NCBI GenBank assembly: GCA_965261735.1
Contig: OZ253470.1
Span: 3,552,001-3,616,000, forward strand
DNA from: Alphaproteobacteria bacterium
GTDB taxonomy: Bacteria; Pseudomonadota; Alphaproteobacteria; SHVV01
DNA length: 64,000 nt
Direction of reading: 5' to 3'
Position 1 is the stretch's first letter. Each line of letters starts with the position of its first letter. This document shows, one piece after another, positions 42,465 to 54,989 of the stretch. The position numbers were made by a program, and so were the translations under genes. Below the pieces are notes generated by a model. The model saw only the letters and a program-made list of their open reading frames with translations. It searched no databases and was not told where the DNA came from.

Positions 42465-42848
42465 TCACCATGTGATGTTCTCGGCTTCGGGAACCTTGAC
42501 GCCCAGCACGATCTGCCTCTCGCTGGGCCAGCCGTAGACCCCCACCATGTATTCGTAAATGCCCTTGCCGACCCGCTTGGTCGGGTTCGGGCCGGGGCCG
42601 AGGCTCTTGGCCATACGCAAGAAGTTGTCGCCGAGCTGGCGTGCGTTGCGTTTGTTCGTGATATCGGAGACCACCAGAGCGAGCTTGAGCCTGCACCCCT
42701 TCTGCACAATGGCGGCATCTCTAACCAGCAGATGATCCGACTTGAAGGCGTCTTCGACCATCTTCTTCTCCGCAGCTGGATACGCCGGACATTCGCTCCC
42801 CCCGCTGGTGCCACTCGTGAGATCGAGCACGAAGCCGACGAACAACAT
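42465..42848 (-). CDS. Hypothetical protein
   Basis: 127-aa ORF with globular composition; start uncertain. Confidence 0.5.
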   Translation of the reverse strand: MLFVGFVLDLTSGTSGGSECPAYPAAEKKMVEDAFKSDHLLVRDAAIVQKGCRLKLALVVSDITNKRNARQLGDNFLRMAKSLGPGPNPTKRVGKGIYEYMVGVYGWPSERQIVLGVKVPEAENITW

Positions 42849-42948
42849 GAAGCCGACGAACAGCGCCTGTCTTGGAGTCCGTTAGACTGAGAAGAGACCT
42901 AATATATTGTAAAAGAACAATAATATTCGTTAGCAGGGAAGTTGTAAT

Positions 42949-44053
42949 CTTGTCTATCCGGTTAACGCCCATGACCGCTACATGTAGGGTGCCGCCACTC
43001 TCCCGAGTAAAGCTCGGCATAGGTTGGAGCAGAGGTGTCGCCCGCGATGCCGAGCAATGAGCGGAAGGCGTTGAACGGGTAGAACCGCCTGTTGAAGCGG
43101 AAGGTGAACTCGTTGAGGTAGGCTTGTAGGTGCTGGTGGCTAACGCCGTGGTGGATACCGATCAGCCACGTCTTCAGGTTGGCGAAAACCAGATGGATGA
43201 TCGGCAGGTATTGCTCGGCAACCTCTGGATCACCACACTCGGCAACAGCGAAGTGCTCATAGCCGCGCTTCCCGAGGCCAGCATAGCCGCTCCAATCGTC
43301 AGTAACGATCAGCGATCGCGGCGCGACGGTGCTCTCGACGAACCCACAGAGCGACTCGGCGCTACGGTCGAGCACGACGGCGAGCCGAACGCGTCCGGCA
43401 TAGCGTCCGTCTTTCCGGTTGTCGAGCTTGGTGTCCGGCTTTCGATGACGCACCTCGATGGCACAGGAGACGGGAACCTTGTGATGAACACCACGGCCTT
43501 CCCCACGCGTTCGCCCGCCAACCCAGGTTTCGTCCACCTCAACATGGTTCTTGGGCTGTCCACCGATCCTGTCTTGGTTGGGCCGCACCATGCCCGAGCG
43601 GAGCTTGTGGAGAATTTGAAAGGCCGTCTCGTAGCGCGAAAGACCAAGTTGCCGCTGAAACTGCACGGCGGACATGCCGGGCGTCTGACTGGCGACCAGA
43701 TAAGCGGCCCAGAACCAGACGTTCAGCGGAGTGTGGCTACGCTCCATCACTGTTCCCACCGTCAGCCCGGTGTTCTGGCGGCACTTGCGGCAGCGCAGGA
43801 CGCCAGGGCGGTTTTCAAAGTGGAACGGCTCTCCCGCCGTGCCGCAGTGCGGGCAGGCAAAGCCGTCTCCCCAGCGGGCTTTCTCCAGGTAGGCGGCGCA
43901 GGCCGCATCATCGGGGAAAAGTCGCTGGAACTCGGGTAGCGAATGCGGGAATGGGAGATCGGCGCGGTCGAGAACATCCATGGCGCGCTCCCCTATATCC
44001 GGGTTGCGCCCATTCTAGCCCTAGTGGGTGTGGGTGTAAACCGGATAGGCAAG
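42949..44053 (-). mobile_element. IS1595 type A, complete copy (transposase 42962-43981)
   Basis: IRs CTTG(C/T)CTATCCGGTT; TSD GTTGTAAT at 42941-42948 and 44054-44061; CPHC..CRKC, VEVDETW, TDDW, YLNEF. Confidence 0.95.
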
Positions 44054-44109
44054 GTTGTAATCAAGACGAATGCGGATTTCATCAATCGACTGACCCTCCC
44101 TGAACGCAA

Positions 44110-45240
44110 TTGGCTCCGGATGGCAACGCGGTCGCGCGAGGGGCGTCCGTCCGTTCGCGCGGGGAAGGTCGGGACGAAAGCGCGGGAGCCGGCGGCGCCT
44201 TACGCTGTTCCTTCCGGGGAGTCACGGCACGGGGTGGAGCCCGGACTACAGCCACTTGGCAATACTGCGCCGGAGCCGGCAGGTGGGGGCGGCATGCCCT
44301 CTCCGAACGGCTGGAAGCCTGGGGCGCTGCGGGCTACGGCCAGGGCGAGCTCACGGTGACGTCGAAGAAGCCGGGGACCGACGAGGATGGCGCGGCGATC
44401 CGCACCGACCTCGAGCTCGGGATGGCGGCGGCGGGGCTGCGCGGCGTGCTGCTCGACCCGGAATCGGGGTCCGGCTTCCAGCTGACCGGCAAGACCGATG
44501 CGATGGTCGTGCAGACGGCCTCCGGCCGCGGGCGCAGCGCCGACGGCGGCAATCTAGCGCCGGCCCGGGCCACGGTGTCGCGGCTGCGCCTCGGCCTGGA
44601 GGGCTCCTGGCCGATCGGGCTCGGCGGCGGGGCGACCCTCACGCCGAGCCTGGAGATCGGGGTGCGCCACGACGACGGCGACGCCGAGACCGGTTTCGGC
44701 CTCGACCTCGGCGGCGGGCTCGCGCTCAGCGACCCGGGGCGCGGTCTCAAGGCCGAGCTGCGCGGGCGCGGGCTGCTCTCCCACGAGTCGAAGGGCTTCC
44801 GCGACCTCGGCTTCGCGGGTTCGCTCGCCTGGGAAGGGAAGCCGTCCTCGGACCGGGGCGCGAAGCTGACGCTGACCCAGACGGTGGGCGGCACGTCCTC
44901 CGGCGGCGCCGATGCGCTGCTGTCCCGCACCACGCTGGACGGGCTGGCGGCGAACGACAACGGCGAGGGGAACCGAGACCTGAAGAGCCGCCGGCTGGAG
45001 CTGAAGTTCGGCTACGGCTTCTCCGCCTTCGGCGACCGTTTCACCTGGATGCCCGAGGCCCGCGTCGGCCTGTCGGATACGGGGCGCGACTACAGCCTCG
45101 GCTGGCGGCTGGTGCGGGGCGGATCCGGCAGCGAGGGCGGCTCGCTCGAACTCTCCTTCGAGGCGCGCCGTCGCGAGAGCGCCAATGACGACACCCCGCC
45201 GGAGCACGAGGTCGGCCTGCGGCTCACGGCTCGGTTCTGA
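44110..45240 (+). pseudogene. Autotransporter-like outer-membrane beta-barrel, C-terminal fragment
   Basis: WGAAGYGQGEL, SRLRLGLEGS, TPSLEIGVRHD.GDAETGFG, terminal Phe; barrel-like sequence starts about 44300, passenger absent. Confidence 0.7.
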
Positions 45241-45341
45241 CGGGAACGGCAGGAGAGGAGAGTCGGGATGATCGGATTCGAGACGGTGCGGCCGGCGGCC
45301 GGCATTGCCGCGGCGGCGCCTGGGCACGGGAAGGGAGGTCC

Positions 45342-45545
45342 ATGACCGCGGAGGACGATGACGGCAAAGCGGCGGCGGAACCGGGCACCGCCCCGGAGGC
45401 GATCGTGGCGGCCGGCTGCGGCGCCGGCAAGACGCTCCGGGAGATCGCCATCGACCTGTTCGGCGCCGCACGGGTGGACGCCGAGTGGCATGCCGACGGC
45501 TGGATGCGCGCAAGGGTGCAGCGGCTGCGCCGATCCGGGCTGCCG
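45342..45545 (+). pseudogene. DUF2285-like HTH fragment
   Basis: GKTLREIAIDLFGAARVDAEW..DGWMRARVQR. Confidence 0.45.
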
Positions 45546-45569
45546 GCCCGGCGGCCCCCTGCCCCGGCC

Positions 45570-46302
45570 CCCGAAGGGCGAGGAGCGGCGGGTGGTCGAG
45601 GTCGATCACCGAAGCGGCGCGGCGATGCTGGAAGGCAGGAATGGGGAGACGGTTTCCTGGAATCCCAACCGCATCGCCGGGCGGACCGGCGGCGCGGAGG
45701 TCTACCGTGCGGAGGCGATCGAGCTGCGCGCCGGCGACCGCGTTCGCTGGACCCGGAACGACATGGGTCTCGGATTGGTCAACAGCCGGACCGCCGAGGT
45801 GGTCTCGGCAAGCGAGGACCCCGTATCGTTCCGGCTCGAGGACGGGCGAACGCTGGCGCTGGGGCGGAACGACCCGCAGTTGCGCCACCTCGATCATGCT
45901 TGGGCATCTACGGTTCACGCGTTCCAGGGGCGCACGGTGGACAATGTGATCGCGGCGATGGAGGCCGACCACCCGCACCTGACGACGCAGAAGAGCCTCT
46001 ACGTCGAGATCAGCTGGGCCAGGGACCGGGCCGAGCTGGTGACGGACGATGCGGAGCGGCTGCGGGAGCGGCTCGAAACGGCGACCGGCGAGCGGATATC
46101 GGCTCTGGAAGGGATCGCGCCGCCGCGGGAGGCATCGGCAAAGGGCGCCGACGCGGTTGGCGATACGACCGTGACACCGCCGGAACGAGACAAGCGGCCG
46201 GCCCCTGAGGCGGAACGGGACGGCGCCGACGCGGTCCGCAGGGTTCGCGAGCCGGCGGCACCGGTCCGCGAGATGGCGGTCGAACTGGAACTGGAGCTGT
46301 GA
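45570..46302 (+). pseudogene. MobF/TrwC-TraI relaxase-helicase C-terminal fragment
   Basis: GDRVRWTRND, HLDHAWASTVHAFQGRTVD, LYVEIS.ARD helicase motifs V/VI. Confidence 0.85.
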
Positions 46303-46601
46303 CGGCCGGCGGCATGGCGATGGAGCCGGCGCGTATCCAGCGGGTCGTGTCGCCGGCTCCTCGCCACGCGTGGCGGCCCTGCCGGGTTCACCCTCTGCCG
46401 CCCCTGCGCCCTGCCTTCGATCCGGAATGCCGGCCCCCGCTCTCGAGCGCCAGAAGATCGAGCGGCCTGCTCCATGGCCAGCTCCTCCGGCGGCATATCT
46501 TCGGGCAAGGAGGCGTAGCTCCGCCTGTGCGCGACGACCCCAGCCTCACATCAAAGTCAACGCACCAGCCCGAGTGGCAGTCTCTTGCGCTGCCTCTCGG
46601 C

Positions 46602-48149
46602 TTAGTCTCGCGCCGGCGTTGACACCTCGTGCCGCACCAAGCCCGAGTAGGACTCCTGGACGTCGCCGAACTCGCGGAAATAAAGACGCGAAGCGTCGCG
46701 CATCGGCTGGTAGTCCCAGGGAGTGCGAGCGCCGGCGCCGAGCGCCGCGCTCACGAGGCGCCGCGCCGCCTGGCTTTCCCGCACCGCTTGATCCAGGGCA
46801 TCGACATCCCAGGTTTCGGCGGCGATTGCTTCCAGTTCCGCGCGTGCACCGGCGCTGGCGGGACGGTGGGCGAGGTCGTGGAGTTCGTCCGGGTCGGCGC
46901 TGAGGTCGAAGAGCATCGGCGGGTCACCATGACTCACGATGAGCTTGTGCGAGCCCTTTCGGACCATCAGCTGGGGCGCACGCGCGCCCTCGGCCGTGTA
47001 CTCGGCGCACACGAGGTCCGGCCAGTCCGGCGCGCCGGCCGCAGACGCCAGCGGGGCAAGCGAGTGGCCGTCGATCGGCGCCGCCAGCTCCGGCAAGGCG
47101 CCGTCGCCCGCCGCTTCGAGCAGAGTTGGAAAGAGATCGAGGAGAGAGACATTGGCTTGCACCCGGCGCGGCGCGAAGGCGAAGGGTGCGTGCATAATCA
47201 GGGGAACCCGGATCGACCATTCGAAGAAGGACATCTTGAAGAACATGCCGCGCTCGCCGAGCAAGTCGCCGTGATCGGACGTGAAGATGATCATCGTGTC
47301 GTCGGCTGCGCCAATATCGTCGAGGGTTTCCAGTAGCTTGCCGACCTTCGCATCGACATAGCTCGTCATCGCGCAATAGGCGCGGCGCATGCGCAGAACA
47401 TCCGATTCGCCGACCGCGTCGCGGTGTCGCCCCGTGAGGAACCAGTGCCGCCGGCTGTGAGGGTCCCGGTTCTCGAGCGGAATGTCCGCGACCGCCGGGC
47501 GATCCATCTCGACGCCGCGGTACTGCTCCCACCACGAGGGAGGCGCGAGATAGGGATCGTGGGGGGAGATGAACGACACGGTGAGCGCGAATGACTGGTC
47601 GTCGTTGTCGTCGGCTCGCTCGTGCAGCCAGCGTATCGCCTCGAACTCGACCTCGTCGTCGTAGGCGACGTTGACGCTGCGGCGGTGGGGCCCGGCATCG
47701 AGCACCGGGTGCATGCTGTGGTACCACTCAAGCCAGCTCTCGTCATCCAGGCACCAGTCCGGCGACCACAGGAAAGCGGACGGATAGATGTCGGTGGTGA
47801 CGCGCTCCTCGTAGCCGTGAAGCTGATCGGGTCCGACGAAGTGCATCTTGCCGGCGAGACAGGTGCGGTAGCCTGCGACACGCAGATAGTGGTTAAAGGT
47901 CGGGACGGAGGAAGGGAACTCGACCGCGTTGTCGAACGCGCCGACCCGTGAGGGCAGCCGCCCGCTCAACATCGAGAACCTTGCCGGCGCGCAGAGCGGA
48001 AAGTTGCAGTAGGCGTTCTCGAACACGACGCCTTCCTCGGCGAGACGGTCGATATACGGAGTACGCGCCCGGGAGTGGCCGTAGGCGCGCAGCATCTGCG
48101 GGGCGAGCTGGTCGGCCATGATCAGAAGGAGGTTCGGACGGCTTGCCAT
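46602..48149 (-). CDS. betC: Choline-sulfatase
   Basis: PNLLLIMADQL, CAPAR formylglycine motif, GKMHFVGPDQLHG, WDYQP. Confidence 0.85.
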   Translation of the reverse strand: MASRPNLLLIMADQLAPQMLRAYGHSRARTPYIDRLAEEGVVFENAYCNFPLCAPARFSMLSGRLPSRVGAFDNAVEFPSSVPTFNHYLRVAGYRTCLAGKMHFVGPDQLHGYEERVTTDIYPSAFLWSPDWCLDDESWLEWYHSMHPVLDAGPHRRSVNVAYDDEVEFEAIRWLHERADDNDDQSFALTVSFISPHDPYLAPPSWWEQYRGVEMDRPAVADIPLENRDPHSRRHWFLTGRHRDAVGESDVLRMRRAYCAMTSYVDAKVGKLLETLDDIGAADDTMIIFTSDHGDLLGERGMFFKMSFFEWSIRVPLIMHAPFAFAPRRVQANVSLLDLFPTLLEAAGDGALPELAAPIDGHSLAPLASAAGAPDWPDLVCAEYTAEGARAPQLMVRKGSHKLIVSHGDPPMLFDLSADPDELHDLAHRPASAGARAELEAIAAETWDVDALDQAVRESQAARRLVSAALGAGARTPWDYQPMRDASRLYFREFGDVQESYSGLVRHEVSTPARD

Positions 48150-48329
48150 CGATTTTCGTGTGGTTGAGTGGCCGCGGATATCAAGCCGCCCTCAATATGA
48201 GGCGCATGGCTGAATGTCAGTGTTTCATGCGCCATCCCGTCACGCCAGCGACAATGAGAAAGGGACGGCAGCACTGTAACGGGTTCCGGCTTCGCGGTCG
48301 CACCTCAGCCCTCACGGTGGTGGATTCGG

Positions 48330-48633
48330 CGGCGATGTTTGCCGAGTCCCGCGTCGGCAGGCGCAGGTATTCGTGGCGCAGATTGCTGACGCGATTGTCT
48401 CTCAGCCAGAGGTGATGGAAAGTTCCGGCGATACCGTCGTCCCAGGTGACGCGGATGGATCGTGACTGCCGTCTGGAGGTGCGGAGTCGAGGGCCGCGCG
48501 CACCGTCTTGTGGAAGTGAAAAACGCCGCTCTCGTGGCGTGGGCTCAGTGGCCCCCGGTCGTACACGCCGGCGTCGAGATTCTGCTGGATGAGCGGCACG
48601 ATCCATTGGTCCTCCTCCGACACAAGGGTGCCG
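48330..48633 (-). pseudogene. Degraded fragment resembling the gamma-butyrobetaine hydroxylase N-terminal domain
   Basis: IRVTWDDG..FHHLWLRDN motif; frameshifted, cut by IS21. Confidence 0.45.
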
Positions 48634-49042
48634 TGGGAACGGCGGTGCGAAATTAGTCCACGGTAGCGGCGGGATTGTCTCGCTGCGGGCGAAGCAAAAC
48701 TCTGCCACTTGAGCCCTTCGCGGCGACGGGGAGGGCGGGGGCATGCATACCGTGGAACTTTATCGGAAGGTCCGTCTCTCCTGCCGGGACGGGATGAGCG
48801 AGCGTGCGGCGGCGCGTCATTTCGGGATTTCGCGCGAGAGCGTGAAGAAGATGCTGTGCTTTTCGGTGCCTCCGGGCTATCGGCGGACGGCACCGGTTCG
48901 GCGCCCGAAGCTGGACGGGTTCAGCGAGATCATCGACCAGTGGCTGAAGGAGGATCTGAAGCAGCTGCGCAAGCAGCGCCACACGGCCAAGCGTATCTTC
49001 GACCGGCTTCGCGCCGAGCACGGGTTTTCCGGCGGCTACACG
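48634..49042 (+). mobile_element. IS21-family left end with truncated istA (48743-49042)
   Basis: MHTVELYRKVRL..RKQRHTAKRIFDRLRAEHGFSGGYT; cut by IS256. Confidence 0.85.
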
Positions 49043-51849
49043 GGTCGTGTCCCAGGACGTGGTGTAGGAGTTGTTGGAGCCTCTGGTAGCTGTGGGTAGG
49101 CGGCTTGCCGTAGCGACCGCCGAGAGTCTGGCGTAGGCAAGCCGGCTATCCACAGCGGAGGCCATCGCGGTTCCGGTTTAGGGTTGGGCTAGTGCAAACC
49201 AACCTGACCCGAAGGAGAACCACGATGACCCAGGACATGATGACCCTGCGCGCGCTTTTGGAGAAGAGCTCCGATGCCGATCTGCTTTGCGAGATGATCG
49301 GCTTCACGGCCGAGCGGCTGATGGCACTGGAGGTTGAGGGCCTGACCGGCGCCGGGCACGGCGAGCGCTCGGCGGATCGTATCACCCATCGCAACGGCTA
49401 CCGCGACCGGTCCTGGGAGACGCGGGCCGGCACGGTCGAGCTGAAGATCCCGAAGCTGAGGAAGGGAAGCTACTTCCCGGGCTTCCTGGAGCCGCGGCGG
49501 ATGGCCGAGAAGGCGCTGGCTGCGGTGATCCAGGAGGCCTACATCCAGGGGGTGTCGACCCGCTCGGTCGACGATCTGGTTCAGGCGATGGGGATGTCGG
49601 GCGCCTCCAAGAGCCAGGTCTCCAGGCTGTGCGGCGAGATCGACGATAAGGTCACCGGCTTCCTCGATCGACCGCTGGAGGGCGACTGGCCCTATCTGTG
49701 GCTCGACGCCACCTACGTGAAGGTGCGCCAGACCGGACGCATCGTCTCGGTCGCGGTGACCGTGGCTGTGGCCGTCAACGACCAAGGCCGCCGCGAGGTC
49801 CTGGGCGTGGCGATCGGCGCGTCGGAGGCCGAGACCTTCTGGACCGAGTTCCTGCGCTCGCTGGCCCGGCGCGGGCTGCGCGGCGTGAAGCTGGTGATCT
49901 CCGACGACCACAAGGGCCTGAAGGCCGCCGCGACCCGGATCCTCGGCGCCACATGGCAGCGCTGCCGCGTGCACTTCGCCCGCAACCTGCTGGCCCATGC
50001 CGGCCGCCAGGGCCGGCGCGTCGTCTCCGCCTTCGCCCAGGAGGACGCCGACAGCGCGAAGGTCCAGTGGCGCCAGGTCGCCGACCAGCTCAGGCCCAAG
50101 GTGCCCAAGCTGGCAGTTCTCATGGACGAAGCCGAGCACGACGTCCTCGCCTACATGAGCTTCCCCAGGGAGCACCGCCAGAAATTGCACTCCACAAACC
50201 CGATCGAACGTGTGTGGACGCCCCCGTTGATGCAAGCAGTTTTTGGTCGGCTCGGTGCATGCGGTCAGGTGCTGTCGTGTGTCCGGCCTCTCTATGCGGC
50301 AGATGACACGCCGCGGGCCCGTATGGAGATACGCGGATTGGGTCCAAATCGGTTACGCGAGCTTGAAAGCTCTCCGTTCGGATGCTGGTTTTCCCAACCC
50401 GGTCTCGTTGACCTTTGCCCTTACCTGTCCTCCGTCCTGCCCACATCCCCGACGGCTTCCCGCACTTCGCCGTTCTCTCAGGCGGTGGCGGGAGCCCGGT
50501 AGCTCTTCTTCTTCGTCAGTAGCACCCAGACGATGCGCGCCATCCTGTTGGCCAGCGCCACCGCGACGAGCATCCTCGGCTTGCGCGCCAGCATCCCGGC
50601 CAGCCAGGGGTCCGTCGTCACGCCGCGCCGAACCGCCCAGCGGACCACAGTCATCGCGCCTGTGATCAGCAGCCGTCTCAGATCGCGCTGGCCCATCTTC
50701 GATATCTTGCCCAGCTTCGGCTTGCCGCCGGTCGTGTGCTGGCGCGGCACGAGGCCGAGCCAAGCGGAGAAGTCGCGGCCGCGCCGGAAACTCTCCATCG
50801 GCGGTGCGAAGGCCTGGATTGCCATCGCGCTGATCGGCCCGATCCCCGGCACGCTCATCAGGCGCCTCGCCTCCTCATCCTGCCGTGCTCTCACGTGGAC
50901 CTCCCTCTCCAGGCCCGCAATCTTCGCATCGAGGCCGGCGATCTGCTCAAGCAGAAGGCCGGCCAGCTCGCGGACCGCTTCCGGCAACCTCGAAGCCGGT
51001 CCCTCAAGCGCCGAGGCCAGCCGGCCGACATGAGCCGGCCCTGTGGGGCAATGACACCGAACTCCGCCAGATGGCCGCGCAGCGCATTAATCGTCTGGGT
51101 GCGCTGGCGCACCAGAAGATCGCGCGTCCGGAACAGCATGCCCCGAGCCTGCTGTTCCTCCGTCTTCACAGCCACAAAGCGCATGGTCGGCCGCGACGAC
51201 GCCTCGCAGATCGCCTCCGCATCCGACGCGTCGTTCTTTTGCCGCTTGACGTACGCTTTGACGTAGATCGGTGGGACCAGTCGCACCGCATGGCCGAGAC
51301 TGCCGATCTCCCGGCCCCAATGGTGCGCGCCGCCGCACGCCTCCATCGCCACCGTGCAGCGTGGCTGCGCAGCCACAAAGTCCAACAGCTTCGCCCGGCT
51401 CAGCTTCTTGCGGAACGCAACCGACCCATCCGCCCGCGCACCGTGCAGCTGAAAGCTGTTCTTCGCCAGATCGATCCCGATCATGTGAACCTGTTCCATG
51501 GACGCCCCCATCCTCGCTTGGCGTTAACAACACCGCCAACCTGGCACATCGCGATGCCGTCGGGAGGGGCGTCCACCCCATCGGCTCCATGCCGAGGTCA
51601 AGCGTCGCACCAACGTCGTCGGTATCTTTCCCAACGAAGCCGCCATCACACGGCTCGTCGGCGCCATCCTTCTCGAGCAGAACGACGAGTGGGCCGTCTC
51701 AAGGAGATACATGACGCTGGAATCCATCGCTCCGCTGAGCGATGGTGTCCCCATCACGCTGCCCACCGTGGCAGCCTGAACGTCCCGGCCCTACCCGCCG
51801 GGAGCCGCGTAGAGCGCAACGCTCTTACACCACTCCGCGGGACACGATC
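49043..51849 (+). mobile_element. IS256 type B copy 4 (15-bp deletion variant) interrupted by IS1111
   Basis: Both IRs present; transposase split at NPIE|R; no TSD. Confidence 0.93.
50211..51581 (-). mobile_element. IS110-family (IS1111 group) copy 1, recombinase frameshifted
   Basis: 1 bp shorter than copy 2 (about 51040); CG core at 50209-10 and 51582-83; subterminal IRs GTGGACGCCCC. Confidence 0.93.
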
Positions 51850-52247
51850 CTGGCTGAAAGGGCTGTTTCCCTCGCGAACGAAAGAGATCCTGAAACGGGA
51901 GAGCCAATACAGACGTTAGTATCCATCACTTCGACGCGATGGCCGGGGGATTTGGGATCCGTCGAGGTGTCCCCGGCTGACACCATTGAATCGGTGATAA
52001 GGCGGGTTCGAGAAGTCCACGAACAGTCGTAAGCGTGTTCAGTGCCGACGATGGCACCGGCGAAAAGCGGAGGTGAGCGTAGGATCGTGGAGGCACAAAC
52101 TCCATAGAGGGGAACGATTGGTGAGGAAGCTGACGCAGATCATTGTTGTTGTCTTGGGGCTGTCGGTTTTCTCGGCGTTAGCCCCGGCCTCGGAGCCCGG
52201 AGCAAACTTGCATTGCACAGAATTGCAGAAGCTTGTTGTCGAGTTGT

Positions 52248-53589
52248 TGAGGTGGCCTCGGTTTGTCGGACAGCTTGGCGGCTTGATTAAGGTGTATTCC
52301 AGTTGTCGTTCATGCCGCCAGAATCCCTTTGCATCGATCTCCTTGCCGTTGTTGTTGCGCCTGTGGGGATGTGGGCAAGGCGCGTAGCGGCTTGTCCATC
52401 ATATCCACAGGCGGGGCGCCGCGGTAGGCCTCGGCCGGCGTTTCCCCCCCGAGCGCCGAGTGCGGCCTCTCGGTGTTGTAGAAGTCGATCCACTCGCCGA
52501 TGACGCGCCGGGCCTCGAAGCCGTCGGCGAGCTCGCGCAGATAGACGGCCTCGTATTTGAGCGAGCGCCACAGCCGCTCAATGAAGATGTTGTCCAGGCA
52601 CCGGCCCCTGCCGTCCATCGAGATCCGGATGCCGGTCTCCCGCAAGCGCCCGGTGAAGGCGAAGCCGGTGAACTGGCTGCCCTGGTCGGTATTGAAGATC
52701 TCCGGCGTGCCATGGCGGGCCAGCGCCTCGTCGAGCGCGTCTGTGCAGAAGCCCGCATCCAGGGTGTTCGACAGACGCCAAGCCAGCACATGCCGGTTGG
52801 CCCAGTCCATGATCGCCACCAGGTAAAGAAAGCCGCGCCGCACCGGGATGTAGGTGATGTCGGCGCACCAGACATGGTTCGCCCGCTCGATCGTCAAGCC
52901 TCTGAGCAGATAGGGGTAGACCCGGTGCTCGGGATGCGGATCGCTGGTGCGCGGCGCCCGATAGATCGCCTGAAGCCCCATCAGGCGCATCAGACGACCG
53001 GCCCGGCGACGACCGACGCGCACGCCCTCGCGGCGTAGATGACGGACCATCTGACGGGCGCCGTAGAACGGATACTTCAGGAACAACTCATCAATGCGCC
53101 GCATCAGCGCCAGGGTCTCCGGGCTCTCGCCCTTGGGCGTGTAATAGAGCGAGGAGCGTCCGATCGACAGCAAACGGCATTGACGGCTCAAGCTCAGCGC
53201 CGGGTGAGCGCGTATCACCATCGTTCGCCTCTCGGCCCGGCTCATCGACCGGACCCTCGAGACAAAAAATCCCGCTCCACCGTCAACTCGCCGATCTTCG
53301 CGTGAAGATCACGGATCTCGCTCTCATGGTCCCGACGGCGGCGCTCGCCCCCGTTCGAAAACACTTCGCCAAGACCATCGATCGCCTGCCGCTTCCATGT
53401 GCTCACTTGGTTCGGATGAACCTGGTGCTGCGAGGCGATCTCCTGAAGCGTCCGGTCGCCACGAAGCGCCTCAAGCGCGATCTTCGCCTTCAGCTCCCCG
53501 GAAAACCTGCGTCTCTTACTCATCGCGTATCCCTCCTCAGTCGGCGGAATACACCTTAAAAACCTGTCCGATTTTCCGGGGCCACCTCA
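52248..53589 (-). mobile_element. IS3-family element (orfA 53242-53523, orfB 52310-53245)
   Basis: IRs TGAGGTGGCC..CGGACAG; WCADITYI, NTDQGSQF, DNIFIERLWRSLKYE; overlapping ORFs with a T6 run at the end of orfA. Confidence 0.95.
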
Positions 53590-53970
53590 GGCCGGGACGT
53601 TCAGGCTGCCACGGTGGGCAGCGTGATGGGGACACCATCGCTCAGCGGAGCGATGGATTCCAGCGTCATGTATCTCCTTGAGACGGCCCACTCGTCGTTC
53701 TGCTCGAGAAGGATGGCGCCGACGAGCCGTGTGATGGCGGCTTCGTTGGGAAAGATACCGACGACGTTGGTGCGACGCTTGACCTCGGCATGGAGCCGTT
53801 CGATCGGGTTTGTGGAGTGCAATTTCTGACGGTGCTCCCTGGGGAAGCTCATGTAGGCGAGGACGTCGTGCTCGGCTTCGTCCATGAGAACTGCCAGCTT
53901 GGGCACCTTGGGCCTGAGCTGGTCGGCGACCTGGCGCCACTGGACCTTCGCGCTGTCGGCGTCCTCCTGG
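53590..53970 (-). mobile_element. IS256 type B 3' fragment
   Basis: Matches about 11091-11471; both ends lost. Confidence 0.9.
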
Positions 53971-54045
53971 GTAAGCGCGGCTATGAGCACTTCGCTGTTG
54001 CCGAGTGTGGTGATCCAGAGGTTGCCGAGCAATACCTGCCGATCA
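53970..54045 (+). mobile_element. IS1595 type A internal sliver (about 75 bp)
   Basis: Matches about 55820-55895. Confidence 0.88.
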
Positions 54046-54989
54046 GGAAGTCCTCTTTCAGGAACCGGTTGGCGGCCGCCATATCGGTGATGCCAGCGAG
54101 CTCGAGTTCCTGCGGCAGGCGTTTCTGCAGGGTGCCGAACATGCGCTCCGAGCGGCCCCGGGCCTCCGGCGAATAGGCCGGGATCAGCTCAATACCGAGT
54201 TGCTGCAGGGCACGTCCGACCTGGGTTGGATTGTCCTTGTCGACCTTGCCGCCGGCCTCCGGCGTGTGCCAATAGTGCGAGGCCCGGTCTGCATAAAGCG
54301 AGCAGAACAGCCCCATGGCCGACCCCACCTCCAGCAGCGCCACAAAGCTCGACATGGTGCCCTCCTCGGCGACGAAGAAGGCGGAATAGATCTCCGAAGT
54401 GGCATCGTCCATGGTCACGATCAGGTCCCAGTACTGACCCGGCACCCATTGGTGCGCGGAGCCGTCCTGGTGCAACATCATGCCGACCATCGGCCGGCGC
54501 GGCCGCTTGCGGCGGTGCACGCCGCGCCGCGGCGCCGGCGCGATCCGGCCGTGCGCCTGGAGCGTCAGCCGCACCCAGTTGTAACTGCGCGTGACGTCGT
54601 GCTTTGCAACCAGCTTCTCCCAGAAGTGCCAGGCGGTGTAATGCCGGTACCTGGTATCGAACAGATCCAACAGTGCCACCACCTCGTCGACCCCGGCGCG
54701 GCGCGCGGAAACCCGACCCAGGCGGCGGTCGTAAAGACCCTCCGCGCCCTCGGCCTCAAAGCGATCGCGCCAGCGTCGGAACGTGCGCTCGGACATGCCC
54801 AGGATCTCGGCTGCCTCCAGCTGACTCAACTCACCCCTGTAGGTGCGTCCGTAAACCTCATCGAACTTCATCAATCTCAACCCCTGTAACAGCTCTGTCC
54901 GGCGCATCAGCTCCGCCACTTTCTGGAGGAGTTCTAATGCCGGACAGATCATTTGTTACATTGACCGGCCATATCACGTGTTATCGACA
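54045..54989 (-). mobile_element. ISNCY/IS1202-like element, 3' truncated
   Basis: Left end TGTCGATAACACGTGATATG; HTH, HQDGS, MDDATS, YADRAS, SPEARGRSERMFGTLQKRL. Confidence 0.82.

Noticed and set aside
42831-42862. Tandem GAAGCCGACGAACA repeat
   Set aside because: Only two copies; a local duplication
28642-51857. Inversion between IS256 copies 2 and 4 swapping TSDs
   Set aside because: The 8-bp flanks do not match each other in either orientation
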